Part shown: one piece after another, positions 31,542 to 41,000 of the stretch
Layout of the letters: each line of letters starts with the position of its first letter
How positions within the stretch are numbered: position 1 is the stretch's first letter
Assembly: GCA_963739455.1 (NCBI GenBank)
Contig: CAVUAK010000001.1
Location: 576,001-640,000, forward strand
DNA from: an uncultured Gemmatimonadales bacterium
GTDB taxonomy: Bacteria; Gemmatimonadota; Gemmatimonadetes; Gemmatimonadales; GWC2-71-9
Length of the DNA stretch: 64,000 bases
Reading direction: 5' to 3'
Program-made: the position numbers and the translations under genes
Notes under the pieces: model-generated
Told to the model about the DNA's origin: nothing
Seen by the model: the letters and a program-made list of their open reading frames with translations, nothing else
Database searches by the model: none

Positions 31542-32926
31542 GTAACGGCACCATTCTCGTCGTGGACGACGAGCGCACCCTCGCGCGCGCCATCCGGGGA
31601 TACCTGGTGGAAGCAGGCTACGAAGTTGAAGTGGCTGGAGACGCCGAGCAGGCACTGGAGATGCTCGACAAGCTGCGACCGGACGTGGTCTTTACGGACG
31701 TGCGGCTGCCGGGCATGAGCGGCATCGACCTGCTCCGGAAGATTCGCGAGTTCGATGCGGCGATCTCGGTCTGTGTCATGACCGCCTTCGGCACCATCGA
31801 GGGCGCGGTCGAGGCGGTGAAGCTCGGCGCATTCGACTACATCAAGAAGCCGGTCGATCTCGAGGAGATGAAGCTCCTCGCCGATCGCGCGCGCGAAACT
31901 TCACAGCTTCGGCAGGAGCTGTCGTACTACCGGAAGAAGGCGGCGAACGATGTCGTGCTGACCGGCATCGTCGGCAACTCGCCCGCCATGAAGGCAGTGA
32001 TGGAGCGCGCCCGCCAGATCGCAGCGCTCGACGAAACCCCGCCGGTGCTCATCACCGGCGAAACCGGCACCGGCAAGGGCCTGGTGGCGCGGACCATCCA
32101 TTCATCGGGCGCGCGCGGCACCCGGCCGTTCATCGACGTGAACTGCACGGCGCTCCCCGCCACGCTCATGGAAGCGGAGCTCTTCGGCTACGAGCGCGGG
32201 GCGTTCACCGATGCCAAGGAGTCGAAGCTCGGGCTCTTCGAGGCCGCCGAGGGCGGCTTCCTCTTCCTCGACGAAGTGGGTGACATCGAGCTCGCGCTGC
32301 AGGGCAAGCTGCTGAGGGCTATAGAGGACCGGACGGTGCGGCGCGTCGGCGGCATTCGCGACCGGAAGATCGACGTGCGAATCCTGGCGGCAACTAATCG
32401 CGACCTTGAACAGGATGCGCAGCATGACCGCTTCCGGAAGGATCTCTACTTCCGCCTCGCCGTCATCCTGCTGCGGCTGCCGCCGCTGCGAGAGCGCGGT
32501 GATGACATCCCCTTGCTCGCCGATCACTTCCTCAAGCACTACAGCGCCAAGTATGGCCGCGATGTCCGCCAGATCAACGCACAGGCGCGCGACCTCATGC
32601 GCGCCTATCCGTGGCCGGGCAACGTGCGCGAGCTGAGCCACGTCATCGAGCGTGCGGTGCTCTGGAGCCAGGGCGACACGCTCGATGTGGAACACCTCTC
32701 GCTGAGCACACCGAGCGGTGCCAGCGCGGCGGCTCAGGCGCCGTCGACCGCCTCCGCGTCGAGTGCGCCACCGGCTGATCCACTCGACCTGACACAGTGG
32801 GAGCGGACGCTCATCGAGCGGGCGCTGGCCGAGGCCAATGGCAACCAGACCAAGGCGGCCCAGCTGCTCGGAATTACCCGGGACACGCTCAGGTATCGTC
32901 TGAAGAAGTTCGGAATGGGTGGGTGA
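31538..32926 (+). CDS. sigma54-dependent response regulator (NtrC/AtoC family enhancer-binding protein)
   Basis: Receiver domain, GETGTGK, GAFTDA, FLDEVG, WPGNVREL, Fis-type HTH. Confidence 0.95.
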   Translation: MSNGTILVVDDERTLARAIRGYLVEAGYEVEVAGDAEQALEMLDKLRPDVVFTDVRLPGMSGIDLLRKIREFDAAISVCVMTAFGTIEGAVEAVKLGAFDYIKKPVDLEEMKLLADRARETSQLRQELSYYRKKAANDVVLTGIVGNSPAMKAVMERARQIAALDETPPVLITGETGTGKGLVARTIHSSGARGTRPFIDVNCTALPATLMEAELFGYERGAFTDAKESKLGLFEAAEGGFLFLDEVGDIELALQGKLLRAIEDRTVRRVGGIRDRKIDVRILAATNRDLEQDAQHDRFRKDLYFRLAVILLRLPPLRERGDDIPLLADHFLKHYSAKYGRDVRQINAQARDLMRAYPWPGNVRELSHVIERAVLWSQGDTLDVEHLSLSTPSGASAAAQAPSTASASSAPPADPLDLTQWERTLIERALAEANGNQTKAAQLLGITRDTLRYRLKKFGMGG

Positions 32927-32957
32927 GAAGACCCAATCGGGTGGGTGATAACACCCA
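32920..32957. promoter_or_regulatory. tandem palindromic upstream activator sequences (candidate enhancer-binding protein sites)
   Basis: TGGGTGAGAAGACCCA (32920) and TGGGTGATAACACCCA (32942), 22 bp apart. Confidence 0.6.
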
Positions 32958-33040
32958 AAACCTTGATTTCCCGGCCCGTTCGCCGCTCACGGTTCGCACA
33001 GTTTAAGTCTTTATTATACAATCACTTATGAGGCAATGCT

Positions 33041-33073
33041 TGGCCCGGTAATCGCAACGGCACAGCCCCTGCT
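33041..33073 (+). promoter_or_regulatory. sigma54 -24/-12 promoter(s) for the pqq operon
   Basis: TGGCCCGGTAATCGCA (33041) and CGGCACAGCCCCTGCT (33058), both GG-N10-GC; preceded by an AT-rich, IHF-like tract at 33002-33030. Confidence 0.65.
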
Positions 33074-33179
33074 TAGGTAAGGGCTGCGCCGGGAATGCAC
33101 TCTCCTGGTGGGTGGCAACACCCAACTAATTCGTGAGGGCCGCGTGCAGGCCCAATCACCTCAGAGTACTGGAGCTACC

Positions 33180-33254
33180 ATGCGTTGGACCAAGCCAGAG
33201 GCAGAGATCGTCGCCGTTACGATGGAAGTCACCGCTTACGTCGCGACCCTGTAA
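33180..33254 (+). CDS. pqqA: PQQ precursor peptide PqqA (MRWTKPEAEIVAVTMEVTAYVATL)
   Basis: GGAG RBS; W-x-K-P N-terminus and E-x-x-x-Y core (EVTAY); directly upstream of pqqB. Absent from the ORF track. Confidence 0.95.
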   Translation: MRWTKPEAEIVAVTMEVTAYVATL

Positions 33255-33267
33255 GCAGCAGGACTGA

Positions 33268-33304
33268 CGCCGAGGGCTCGCGAAAGCGGGCCCTCGGCGC
33301 TTTT
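33268..33304 (+). terminator. hairpin plus U-tract between pqqA and pqqB
   Basis: cgccgagggctcgc-GAAA-gcgggccctcggcg followed by ctttt. Confidence 0.7.
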
Positions 33305-33308
33305 CCAG

Positions 33309-34217
33309 GTGCAAGTCGTACTGCTGGGAACGGCTGCTGGTGGTGGATTCCCGCAGTGGAATTGCTGGTGTCCCACTTGTCGTGCCGCACGCCTCGATCC
33401 ACGCTCCGCCTTCCCGCGATCCCAATCGTCCACCGCTGTGAGTGCCGACGGATCGCACTGGTTCCTCCTCAATGCGTCGCCCGATGTCCGCGACCAGGTT
33501 CAGCAGCTCAACGGGCATCCGCCGTCGGGCAATCGTCACGTGCCCATCGAGGGCGTCGTGCTCACCGATGCGGAGCTGGATCACTCGCTGGGGCTCGTAC
33601 TCCTGCGTGAAGGTCGCTCCCTGCAGGTGTACGCCACGGCGGCGGTCGAGCGAATGGTCACCGAGGATTCGCGACTGCTGTCGGTGGCCCGTGCCTTCGC
33701 CGACGTGCAGGTGACGCGACTGCAGGTGGGCACGGCAGCCGCGCTCAGGCTGCGTGATGGCACCGAGGCGGGGTTGACGGTCGAGCCGTTCGTGGTCGCG
33801 GCCGACCCCCCGCGCTTCGCGGCACGAGCCGAGGCGGGACACACAGTAGGACTCATCATCACGGAGACGGCGACAGGTACCCGCTGCGCCTATCTCCCCG
33901 GCTGCGGTGCGATAGACGATGCCTTGCTTGCGCGCCTGTCAGGAAGCGCGATGATTCTCTTCGACGGGACCTTCTGGTCCAACGACGAGCTCATCTCGCT
34001 CGGCATCGGAGAGCGCACCGCCCTCCAGCTCGATCACCTGCCGATGAGCGGCAGCGAAGGCAGCCTCGCGCGCCTGGGCGCACTGCCGAGCCGGCATCGC
34101 GTGTATGTGCACATCAACAACACCAACCCGGTCCTGCTGGAAGATTCCGCGGAACGCCGCGCGGTCGAGGCAGCCGGGCTGACCATCGGGATGGACGGCA
34201 TGAGGTTCGAAATATGA
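33309..34217 (+). CDS. pqqB: PQQ biosynthesis protein PqqB
   Basis: LGTAAGGGFPQWNCWCPTC, RSQSS, LNASPD, FDGTFW, HINNTNP. Confidence 0.95.
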   Translation: MQVVLLGTAAGGGFPQWNCWCPTCRAARLDPRSAFPRSQSSTAVSADGSHWFLLNASPDVRDQVQQLNGHPPSGNRHVPIEGVVLTDAELDHSLGLVLLREGRSLQVYATAAVERMVTEDSRLLSVARAFADVQVTRLQVGTAAALRLRDGTEAGLTVEPFVVAADPPRFAARAEAGHTVGLIITETATGTRCAYLPGCGAIDDALLARLSGSAMILFDGTFWSNDELISLGIGERTALQLDHLPMSGSEGSLARLGALPSRHRVYVHINNTNPVLLEDSAERRAVEAAGLTIGMDGMRFEI

Positions 34218-34963
34218 CCGACACGCTGGTTGCCTCCGAGCTCGCTTTCGCGCCGCGCGGCGCGATCCCCGCACTCGACCGGCCGCTGAGCCCCGCCGAG
34301 CTCGAGGCAGCGCTCCGCGCCTTCCAGGGTTCGTACTATGTCGAGCATCCGTTTCACCGCGACATGTACGCCGGGAAGCTGACGCCGCGGCAGTTCCAGG
34401 GCTGGGTGGCGAATCGCCTCGCCTACCAGCGCGTCGTGCCCCGGAAGGATGCAGCCATCCTCTCCAACTGTCCCGACCCCGACATCCGCCGCGAGTGGAT
34501 CAGCCGGATCGTCGACCACGACGGCACCCGGGAGGGCGAGGGTGGCATCGAGCTCTGGATCCGGCTGGGTGTGGCGCTTGGCGTGCCACGGGAAGAGATG
34601 GAAGACGAGCGGCATGTGCTGCCGTCGGTACGGCTGATCTGCGAGTCGTACGTGTGGTTCTGCAAGTCGAAGCCCTGGGTGCAGGCGTGCGCTTCGTCGC
34701 TCACGGAGCTCTTCGCACCGAAGATTCACGCCCAGCGGATCGAGTCATTCCCGGTGCACTATCCGTGGATCCCGCCGGAGGCGCTCGACTACTTCAAGAG
34801 CCGGCTGGTCCAGGCGCCGAAGGACGTGAAGCACGGCCTGTCCATCGTGCAGACGCACTGCACCACCGTGGAGACCCAGCGGCTGGTGTTCGAGGCGCTG
34901 GCCTTCAAGCTGGACATGCTCTGGGCGATGATCGACACGATCTACCATGCTTACCGCGACTAG
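34214..34963 (+). CDS. pqqC: pyrroloquinoline-quinone synthase PqqC
   Basis: HPFH, WVANRLAYQ..PRKDAAI, RIVDHDG, SLTELFAP.IH..R, YF..RL.QA. Confidence 0.95.
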   Translation: MTDTLVASELAFAPRGAIPALDRPLSPAELEAALRAFQGSYYVEHPFHRDMYAGKLTPRQFQGWVANRLAYQRVVPRKDAAILSNCPDPDIRREWISRIVDHDGTREGEGGIELWIRLGVALGVPREEMEDERHVLPSVRLICESYVWFCKSKPWVQACASSLTELFAPKIHAQRIESFPVHYPWIPPEALDYFKSRLVQAPKDVKHGLSIVQTHCTTVETQRLVFEALAFKLDMLWAMIDTIYHAYRD

Positions 34964-35234
34964 CGTCCCCTCGCTCTGGCGGCTGGCGCGCGTCGAGTAC
35001 GACGACGTGCGCAAGCGGCCCGTGCTCCTCTATCCTGAGGGCGCGGTACTGCTCAATGACACCGGGGCGGCGATCCTCAAGCTGGTGGACGGCCAGCGCA
35101 GCGTGGGCGACATCGCCCGCGTGCTCAGTGAGCAGTACAACGGCGCCGGGAGCGCCGACCCGACCGAGATCCTCAACGACGTGACGGCCTACCTGTCCAC
35201 ACTGGCCGCCCGGGAGCTGATCCGTGACCAGTGA
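34947..35234 (+). CDS. pqqD: PQQ peptide chaperone PqqD
   Basis: VLLYPEGAVLLNDTGAAILKLVDG. Confidence 0.92.
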   Translation: MLTATSVPSLWRLARVEYDDVRKRPVLLYPEGAVLLNDTGAAILKLVDGQRSVGDIARVLSEQYNGAGSADPTEILNDVTAYLSTLAARELIRDQ

Positions 35235-36316
35235 ACGCCCGACCACGCTGCTGGCGGAGCTGACGCATCGCTGTCCGCTGCATTGTCCATACTGCTCCAA
35301 TCCGCTCGACTTGATCCGCGCGGAGAAGGAGATCTCCACCGAGGACTGGAAGCGGGTCATCACCGAGGCCCGCGCTCTCGGCGTGCTGCAGCTCGGCCTG
35401 TCGGGCGGAGAGCCGCTCGTGCGAAAGGACACCGAGGAGCTCGCAGCACATGCGCGGAGCCTCGGCCTCTACAGCACGCTCGTGACCTCGGGCCTCGGCC
35501 TCACCCGCGCACGGGCCGAGAAGTTCAAGGAAGCGGGCCTGGAGCACATCCAGGTCTCGCTGCAGGACGCGGACGACGACAACGCCGAGCGGATCGCCGG
35601 GGTTCGCTCCGTGAAGCAGAAGCGCGCCGCCGCGGCACTGGTGCGTGAGCTCGGCTTCGCGTTCACCGTGAACGTCGTGCTGCACAAGGCCAACCTCGAC
35701 CGCATCCAGCAAATCATCGACCTGGCCAGCGGAGATGGGCGCCGACCGCGTCGAGCTGGCCAACACCCAGTACTACGGCTGGGGACTGGTCAACCGCGAC
35801 GCCCTGATGCCGACGCGGGAGCAGGTCGATCGGGCCTTCGAGGTCGCGGAACGCGCCAAGCAGGCGCACCGCGGCAAGATGCAGATCCTCTTCGTGCTGC
35901 CGGACTACTACGAGGAGTACCCGAAGGCCTGCTACGGGGGTTGGGGCAAGGTGTACCTGGTCGTGACGCCTGACGGGAAGGTGCTGCCGTGTCACGGCGC
36001 CACGAACATCACCACCATCAAGTACCCGAACGTGCTTGAACACTCGATGGAGTGGATCTGGCAGGAGTCGCCGCTGTTCAATGCCTTCCGCGGCGACAGC
36101 TGGATGAAGTCACCCTGCAACACCTGCGAGCGGAAGTGCGTGGATTTCGGGGGCTGCCGCTGCCAGGCGTTTGCCCTCACGGGCGATGCCGCCATGGCCG
36201 ACCCGATCTGCACCCTGAGTCCGCACCATCACATCATCGAGTCGGCGCTCGCCGACGCGAACACCACCACGCCATTCATCTACCGCAAGCTGTCGAGCGA
36301 GCCGCAGCCCGCGTAG
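35224..36316 (+). CDS. pqqE: radical SAM/SPASM enzyme PqqE (one extra G near 35731)
   Basis: LAELTHRCPLHCPYCSNP; after the shift ELANTQYYGWG, CYGGWG, LPCH, C..C..K..DFGGCRCQA. Confidence 0.93.
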
Positions 36317-36425
36317 CCGAGCGGGCGGCCGCCTCCCGCCGCCCCCTAGCATAAAGAGAGAGCGCCACCCTCCCCTCCCGAAGCAGCGTGAAGGGATGTT
36401 CAAGCACTGCAACGGCTTGCACATC

Positions 36426-36441
36426 CGGCAACGATCTTGCC
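36426..36441 (+). promoter_or_regulatory. candidate sigma54 promoter for the chemosensory operon
   Basis: CGGCAACGATCTTGCC (GG-N10-GC with TTGC). Confidence 0.5.
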
Positions 36442-36462
36442 CAGCGGAGCGCTGGATAGCCG

Positions 36463-36858
36463 TTGTCGCGTGCCTCTTCGAGGGTCCAACCCTTGAGAAT
36501 CCTGATAGTCGAAGACTCTGCGCTCATCCAGCGGATGTACGGGCTGGCGCTCCCGAAGCGCGACCATGAACTGCACACCGCCGGCAACGGCCGGGAGGCG
36601 CTGGCACTGCTCAGTCGCCATGGGCCGTTCGACGTCGTCCTCCTGGACCTCAACATGCCCGACATGAATGGTGTCGAGTTCGTCCGCGAGCTCTATGAAC
36701 GGAATTCCCACCCCCGCGTTCCCGTCATCGTCACAACGGCAGAACCTGAAGGCTCCGACCTGGTGCGGGACGTGACCGCCCTGGGCATCGCGGCACTCGT
36801 GCGGAAGCCGTGGAAGCCACACGAGCTCAAGGCCGTCATCGACGAGGTGCTCGCATGA
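36463..36858 (+). CDS. cheY: CheY-like single-domain response regulator (start approximate)
   Basis: ILIVEDS, LLDLNMPDMNG, VTT, KPW. Confidence 0.8.
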   Translation: MSRASSRVQPLRILIVEDSALIQRMYGLALPKRDHELHTAGNGREALALLSRHGPFDVVLLDLNMPDMNGVEFVRELYERNSHPRVPVIVTTAEPEGSDLVRDVTALGIAALVRKPWKPHELKAVIDEVLA

Positions 36859-37253
36859 GCCCACCCCTCGCCTTCCTCGTGGTGGATGACTCGAGGCTGC
36901 ATCACCAGATGTATGACCTCGTGTTCTCTCGCGGCGACCTCGCTGGCAGCACCGTCCTGCACGCGTACAACGGGCGCGAGGGCTACGCGATGCTCCAGTC
37001 GCATCCCGAGCTCACCGCCGTCTTTCTCGACCTCAACATGCCGGAGATGAACGGCCTCGAGTTCCTTGCCCGGCGTGCTGCCGATGGCATGCAGCTCCAT
37101 GTGCCGGTCGTGATGGTCACGACGGAGAACACGCCCGACGACGAGCGCCGCGGGCGCGAGGCGGGAGCGTGGGAGTACCTGACGAAGCCGTTCCAGCCCG
37201 CCGACCTCGAGCGAACGGTGGCCCGCGCACGGCAAGCCGCCGTGCCGCGTTGA
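36855..37253 (+). CDS. cheY: CheY-like single-domain response regulator
   Basis: LVVDDS, FLDLNMPEMNG, VTTE, YLTKPF. Confidence 0.85.
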   Translation: MSPPLAFLVVDDSRLHHQMYDLVFSRGDLAGSTVLHAYNGREGYAMLQSHPELTAVFLDLNMPEMNGLEFLARRAADGMQLHVPVVMVTTENTPDDERRGREAGAWEYLTKPFQPADLERTVARARQAAVPR

Positions 37254-37260
37254 TCGCGCC

Positions 37261-38913
37261 ATGAGCGACACCAACGCCTTCGCCGAGCTGATCCACGAAT
37301 ACGTGGGTGAGTGCCTGCCGCTCGCGGAGGAGGCCGCGGACGGCTTTCTCGAGCTGGAGCGACGGTGGAATGCCGACTTGCCGGTCGACGACCTGGCCCC
37401 CCGCCTCAAGGGACTGGTCCACACCGTGAAGGGCAACTCCGCCATGATGGGCCAGTCAGCCGCCGCGGACACGGCCCACACCATCGAAGACCTCCTTGCA
37501 GCACTCCTCGCTGATGCCACGCAGCGCGACCCCGGGACTCTCAGCCTGCTGCTCGACGGCGCCGACAGCCTTATCGAGCTGGTGCGCGGTGCGGCAAGCC
37601 AGAAGTCGGACCCGTCGCGCGCCCAGGCCTGGGTAGCTGCCGTGCGCACCCAGCTCGCGGGGCAGGCCGCGCCGGCGGCCACCGCGCGCGCTGGTGCCGT
37701 ACCTCGCGCAACGGGCACCCCCGACGCCGTTGTCGATACCGTCCGGGTCGACTTCCGACGGCTCGATGCGCTGCAGGAGATCGTGGGCGAGGCGATGATC
37801 GCCCAGGCACGCCTGCGCGACATCCAGCGCCGGATGACTGCCCACCTCGGCTTCACCGAAGAGACGGCCGAGCTGGACGCCTCGATCAACGCTGTCGAAA
37901 AGACCACCCAGCGGATGGAGGACGCCGTGGTTGCAACCAGGCTCGTTCCCCTCTCGGGTGTCTTCGGCCGCTTTGCCCGGCTGGTGCGCGACGCCGCCCA
38001 GTCGAGCGGCAAGACCGTCCGCCTCGAGACGTCGGGAGGTGACACGCGACTCGACAAGGCAATCGTGGACAAGCTGGGCGAGCCGCTGGTGCACCTCATC
38101 ACCAATGCCGTAGTGCACGGGGTCGAAGGCGACGCCCTGCGCCGGTCCCGCGGCAAGAGCGCCGAGGCCGTGATCCGCCTGAGCGCGGCGCCAGTCAGCG
38201 ATGGCGTCATCATCACCGTGTCGGATGATGGCGGTGGCCTCGATGCCGATCGTATCGCCGAACGGGCCCGGGCCCTCGGCCTGGACGTCCCGTCGGTCAA
38301 TGCCGACGCGATCTACCCCCTCATCTTCGTCCCCGGCCTCAGCACGGTCGACGCCATTTCACCCCTGGCCGGACGCGGGGTCGGGCTCGATGTGGTCGCG
38401 TCCTCCCTGCATGCCATGGGCGGTTCCATCACGGTGGAGAGCGCACCGGGCCGTGGCACGCGGTTCATCCTGCGCGTTCCCGTGACGCTCGCCGTGGTGC
38501 GTACGCTCCTGGTCGAGGTGTCCGACGAACGCTATGCGATTCCGCTCGCCCACGTGGTCGAGACGGTGCGGGTGGCTGATGGCGACATTCACCAGATCAA
38601 TCACCGCGGCGTGGTGCTGTGGCGCGGCGAGCTGCTTCCCGTGGTCGATGGTGCCGCGCTGGTTGGTGCCGCCGGCGGCAGTGCCGAGCGCAAGTACACG
38701 GTGGTGGTGCACGCCGGTGCCCGCCGCCGGGGCGTGCTCGTCGATCGGCTGCTCGGGCATCGCAGCATCGTCGCCAAGGGTCTCGACCCCGCCCTCGGCC
38801 GCACGCGCCTCGTATCGGGCACGACCATCATGGGTGACGGTCGCGTGACCTGCATCCTCGACGCCCAGCGCGTGGTCGAGCCGCTGTCCGCTCCCCTCGC
38901 CATCCAGAGCTGA
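37261..38913 (+). CDS. cheA: chemotaxis histidine kinase CheA (compact, no apparent P2)
   Basis: Hpt HTVKG, VRVD..RLD, HLITNA..HG, DDGGG, GRGVGLDVV, C-terminal CheW domain. Confidence 0.93.
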   Translation: MSDTNAFAELIHEYVGECLPLAEEAADGFLELERRWNADLPVDDLAPRLKGLVHTVKGNSAMMGQSAAADTAHTIEDLLAALLADATQRDPGTLSLLLDGADSLIELVRGAASQKSDPSRAQAWVAAVRTQLAGQAAPAATARAGAVPRATGTPDAVVDTVRVDFRRLDALQEIVGEAMIAQARLRDIQRRMTAHLGFTEETAELDASINAVEKTTQRMEDAVVATRLVPLSGVFGRFARLVRDAAQSSGKTVRLETSGGDTRLDKAIVDKLGEPLVHLITNAVVHGVEGDALRRSRGKSAEAVIRLSAAPVSDGVIITVSDDGGGLDADRIAERARALGLDVPSVNADAIYPLIFVPGLSTVDAISPLAGRGVGLDVVASSLHAMGGSITVESAPGRGTRFILRVPVTLAVVRTLLVEVSDERYAIPLAHVVETVRVADGDIHQINHRGVVLWRGELLPVVDGAALVGAAGGSAERKYTVVVHAGARRRGVLVDRLLGHRSIVAKGLDPALGRTRLVSGTTIMGDGRVTCILDAQRVVEPLSAPLAIQS

Positions 38914-38923
38914 GCAACCCACG

Positions 38924-39469
38924 ATGCCACGCAAGCGCACCGACAGCCCGCCTGCCGCCACCCGCGCCAGCCTGCTCGAGTTCGCGGACTCGGTAGCGGT
39001 CACCGATGCCCCTGTCCCGAACGCGCCGGCCGCACCGCCGCTGCACCTCGTGACCTTCATGCTGGATCGCGAGGAGTTCGGCATCCCGATCGGACGCGTG
39101 CGCGAAGTGCTCCGCGTCGGCGACATCACCCGCGTGCCCGAGGCACCACCGCACATCCGCGGTGTCACCAGCGTGCGCGGCCGCATCCTGCCGGTGGTTG
39201 AGCTCCGCACGCGCCTCGGCCTGGCTGGACTGGGGGAACCCGATGCCCGCGCGCGCATCGTGGTAGTGGAGGCGCACGGCCGGGTGCTCGGGCTCCTGGT
39301 CGATGCAGTGAACCAGGTGGTCAACGTCCCCGCCGACTCCGTGCTCGCGCCTCCCGGTGAAGTGCTCTCCGCCCAGACGGACTATGTCACCGGCATCGGG
39401 CGGCTCGATGCCCGGCTCATCATCCTGCTCGACCTCGATCGCGCGCTTCTCCTGGCGGAGGCATCGTGA
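38924..39469 (+). CDS. cheW: chemotaxis adaptor CheW
   Basis: [39 protein letters not shown]. Confidence 0.93.
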   Translation: MPRKRTDSPPAATRASLLEFADSVAVTDAPVPNAPAAPPLHLVTFMLDREEFGIPIGRVREVLRVGDITRVPEAPPHIRGVTSVRGRILPVVELRTRLGLAGLGEPDARARIVVVEAHGRVLGLLVDAVNQVVNVPADSVLAPPGEVLSAQTDYVTGIGRLDARLIILLDLDRALLLAEAS

Positions 39470-39503
39470 TGCCGCTCCAGTCACCCTACTCCCGGACACC
39501 GGT

Positions 39504-41000
39504 ATGACGGACAAGCTCGTCCAATGGATCCGCGACCTCACCATCCGCCGCAAGCTCCTCGCCGGCGTCGCGATCGTCCTGGCCCTCAATGCCTATCTCG
39601 GCCTCTACGCCCTCAACCGGCTGGGCGCCGTGGGAAGCGTGGCTCGCGATGCCATGGCGGATGGCTCACGTCTCACGGCAGTAAACCAGATCATCGCCGA
39701 CACGAGGAGCACCATCCTGGTGCTCGTCCTCATCACCGTCGTCATCGGCGTCGCCGTGGCACTCCTGCTTGGGCGCCTCATTGCCGACCCGTTCACGGCG
39801 CTCGGCATGCTGGCGGAGAAGGTGGCCAAGGGTGACCTCACCGTCGACATCCGCAGCCTGTCGCGCGACGAGGTGGGATGGCTCGAGCACATCATGCGGC
39901 AGATGGTGAAGAGCCTGCGGGAGATGGTCACGCAGATCACGTCGGCCAGCCGCACGGTCGCCACGTCGGCGGAGGAGATCTCCAGCACGACGGTGCAGAT
40001 CGCGCGTGGCGCCGAGACGCAATCGAGCTCCACGGAGGAAACCTCCGCCACCATGGTCGAGATGGCGGCGCAGATGCAGCACCTCGCGAAGAATGCCGAG
40101 GCGCTCGCGGCCAACGTGGACGAGACGTCGGCGTCGATCCAGGAGATGAGCGCCACCCTGGGCCAGACCGCCCAGAACGGCGAAGTCCTGGTCCAGGCGG
40201 TGGACGAGGCGGTGTCCACGCTGACAAGCATGATCGACCGCTTCGGCGCCATCGCACAGCGGGTGCACATGGTGGACGACGTATCCCAGCGTTCAGCAGC
40301 GGAGGCCAGGGCACGCGGCGTCACGCTGCAGGGCTCGATCGGCTCCATCGGTGACCGGTCACGCGAGATCGGCAAGATCGTGAAGGTCATCGACTGGATC
40401 GCCGACCAGACCAACCTGCTGGCCCTGAACGCCGCGGTGGAAGCGGCGCGGGCCGGCGACGCAGGGCGTGGCTTTGCCGTCGTGGCGGATGAAGTGCGCC
40501 GCCTGGCCGAGCGCTGCATGCAGGCGACGCAGGAAATCGGTGAAGTGGTGGAGATGGTCCAGCGGGAAACCGAGGCGTCAGTGCGACTGACCGACGAGGT
40601 GGTGGGAGGGCTGGTCGGGTCCATCGGCAAGACATCCGAGCTGGTCACCGACGCCGCGCGCGCCACGGACGAGCAGGCGGCCGGCGCCAAGGAAGTCCTC
40701 AAGATTGCCGGTCACATGTCCGCATTGACGCGCCAGATCGCCGGCGCAGTCAAGGAGAACGCGGTCGGCGCCCGCGAGATCAGCCATGCCGCGGACAAGA
40801 TGAACCAGCTCACGCACCAGATGTCGGAGTCGGTGCTGGAGCAGAAGCGCGGCGGGGAACAGATCGTCAAGTCCGTCGAGTCGATCGCCATGATCTCGCG
40901 GCAGAACCTCGTGGCTGTGGAGCAGATGAGCTCGGCCGCGAAGGCACTCGCCGGCGAGTCCGAGGGCCTGCAGCAGCGCGTACAGGCCTTCCACATATGA
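39504..41000 (+). CDS. methyl-accepting chemotaxis protein with a very short periplasmic loop
   Basis: Two TMs, HAMP, hairpin tip [37 protein letters not shown]. Confidence 0.92.
   Translation: MTDKLVQWIRDLTIRRKLLAGVAIVLALNAYLGLYALNRLGAVGSVARDAMADGSRLTAVNQIIADTRSTILVLVLITVVIGVAVALLLGRLIADPFTALGMLAEKVAKGDLTVDIRSLSRDEVGWLEHIMRQMVKSLREMVTQITSASRTVATSAEEISSTTVQIARGAETQSSSTEETSATMVEMAAQMQHLAKNAEALAANVDETSASIQEMSATLGQTAQNGEVLVQAVDEAVSTLTSMIDRFGAIAQRVHMVDDVSQRSAAEARARGVTLQGSIGSIGDRSREIGKIVKVIDWIADQTNLLALNAAVEAARAGDAGRGFAVVADEVRRLAERCMQATQEIGEVVEMVQRETEASVRLTDEVVGGLVGSIGKTSELVTDAARATDEQAAGAKEVLKIAGHMSALTRQIAGAVKENAVGAREISHAADKMNQLTHQMSESVLEQKRGGEQIVKSVESIAMISRQNLVAVEQMSSAAKALAGESEGLQQRVQAFHI

Noticed and set aside
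35724..35740. Programmed frameshift or pseudogenisation of pqqE
   Set aside because: No slippery heptamer, both halves are intact, and the single extra G matches the error pattern seen elsewhere.
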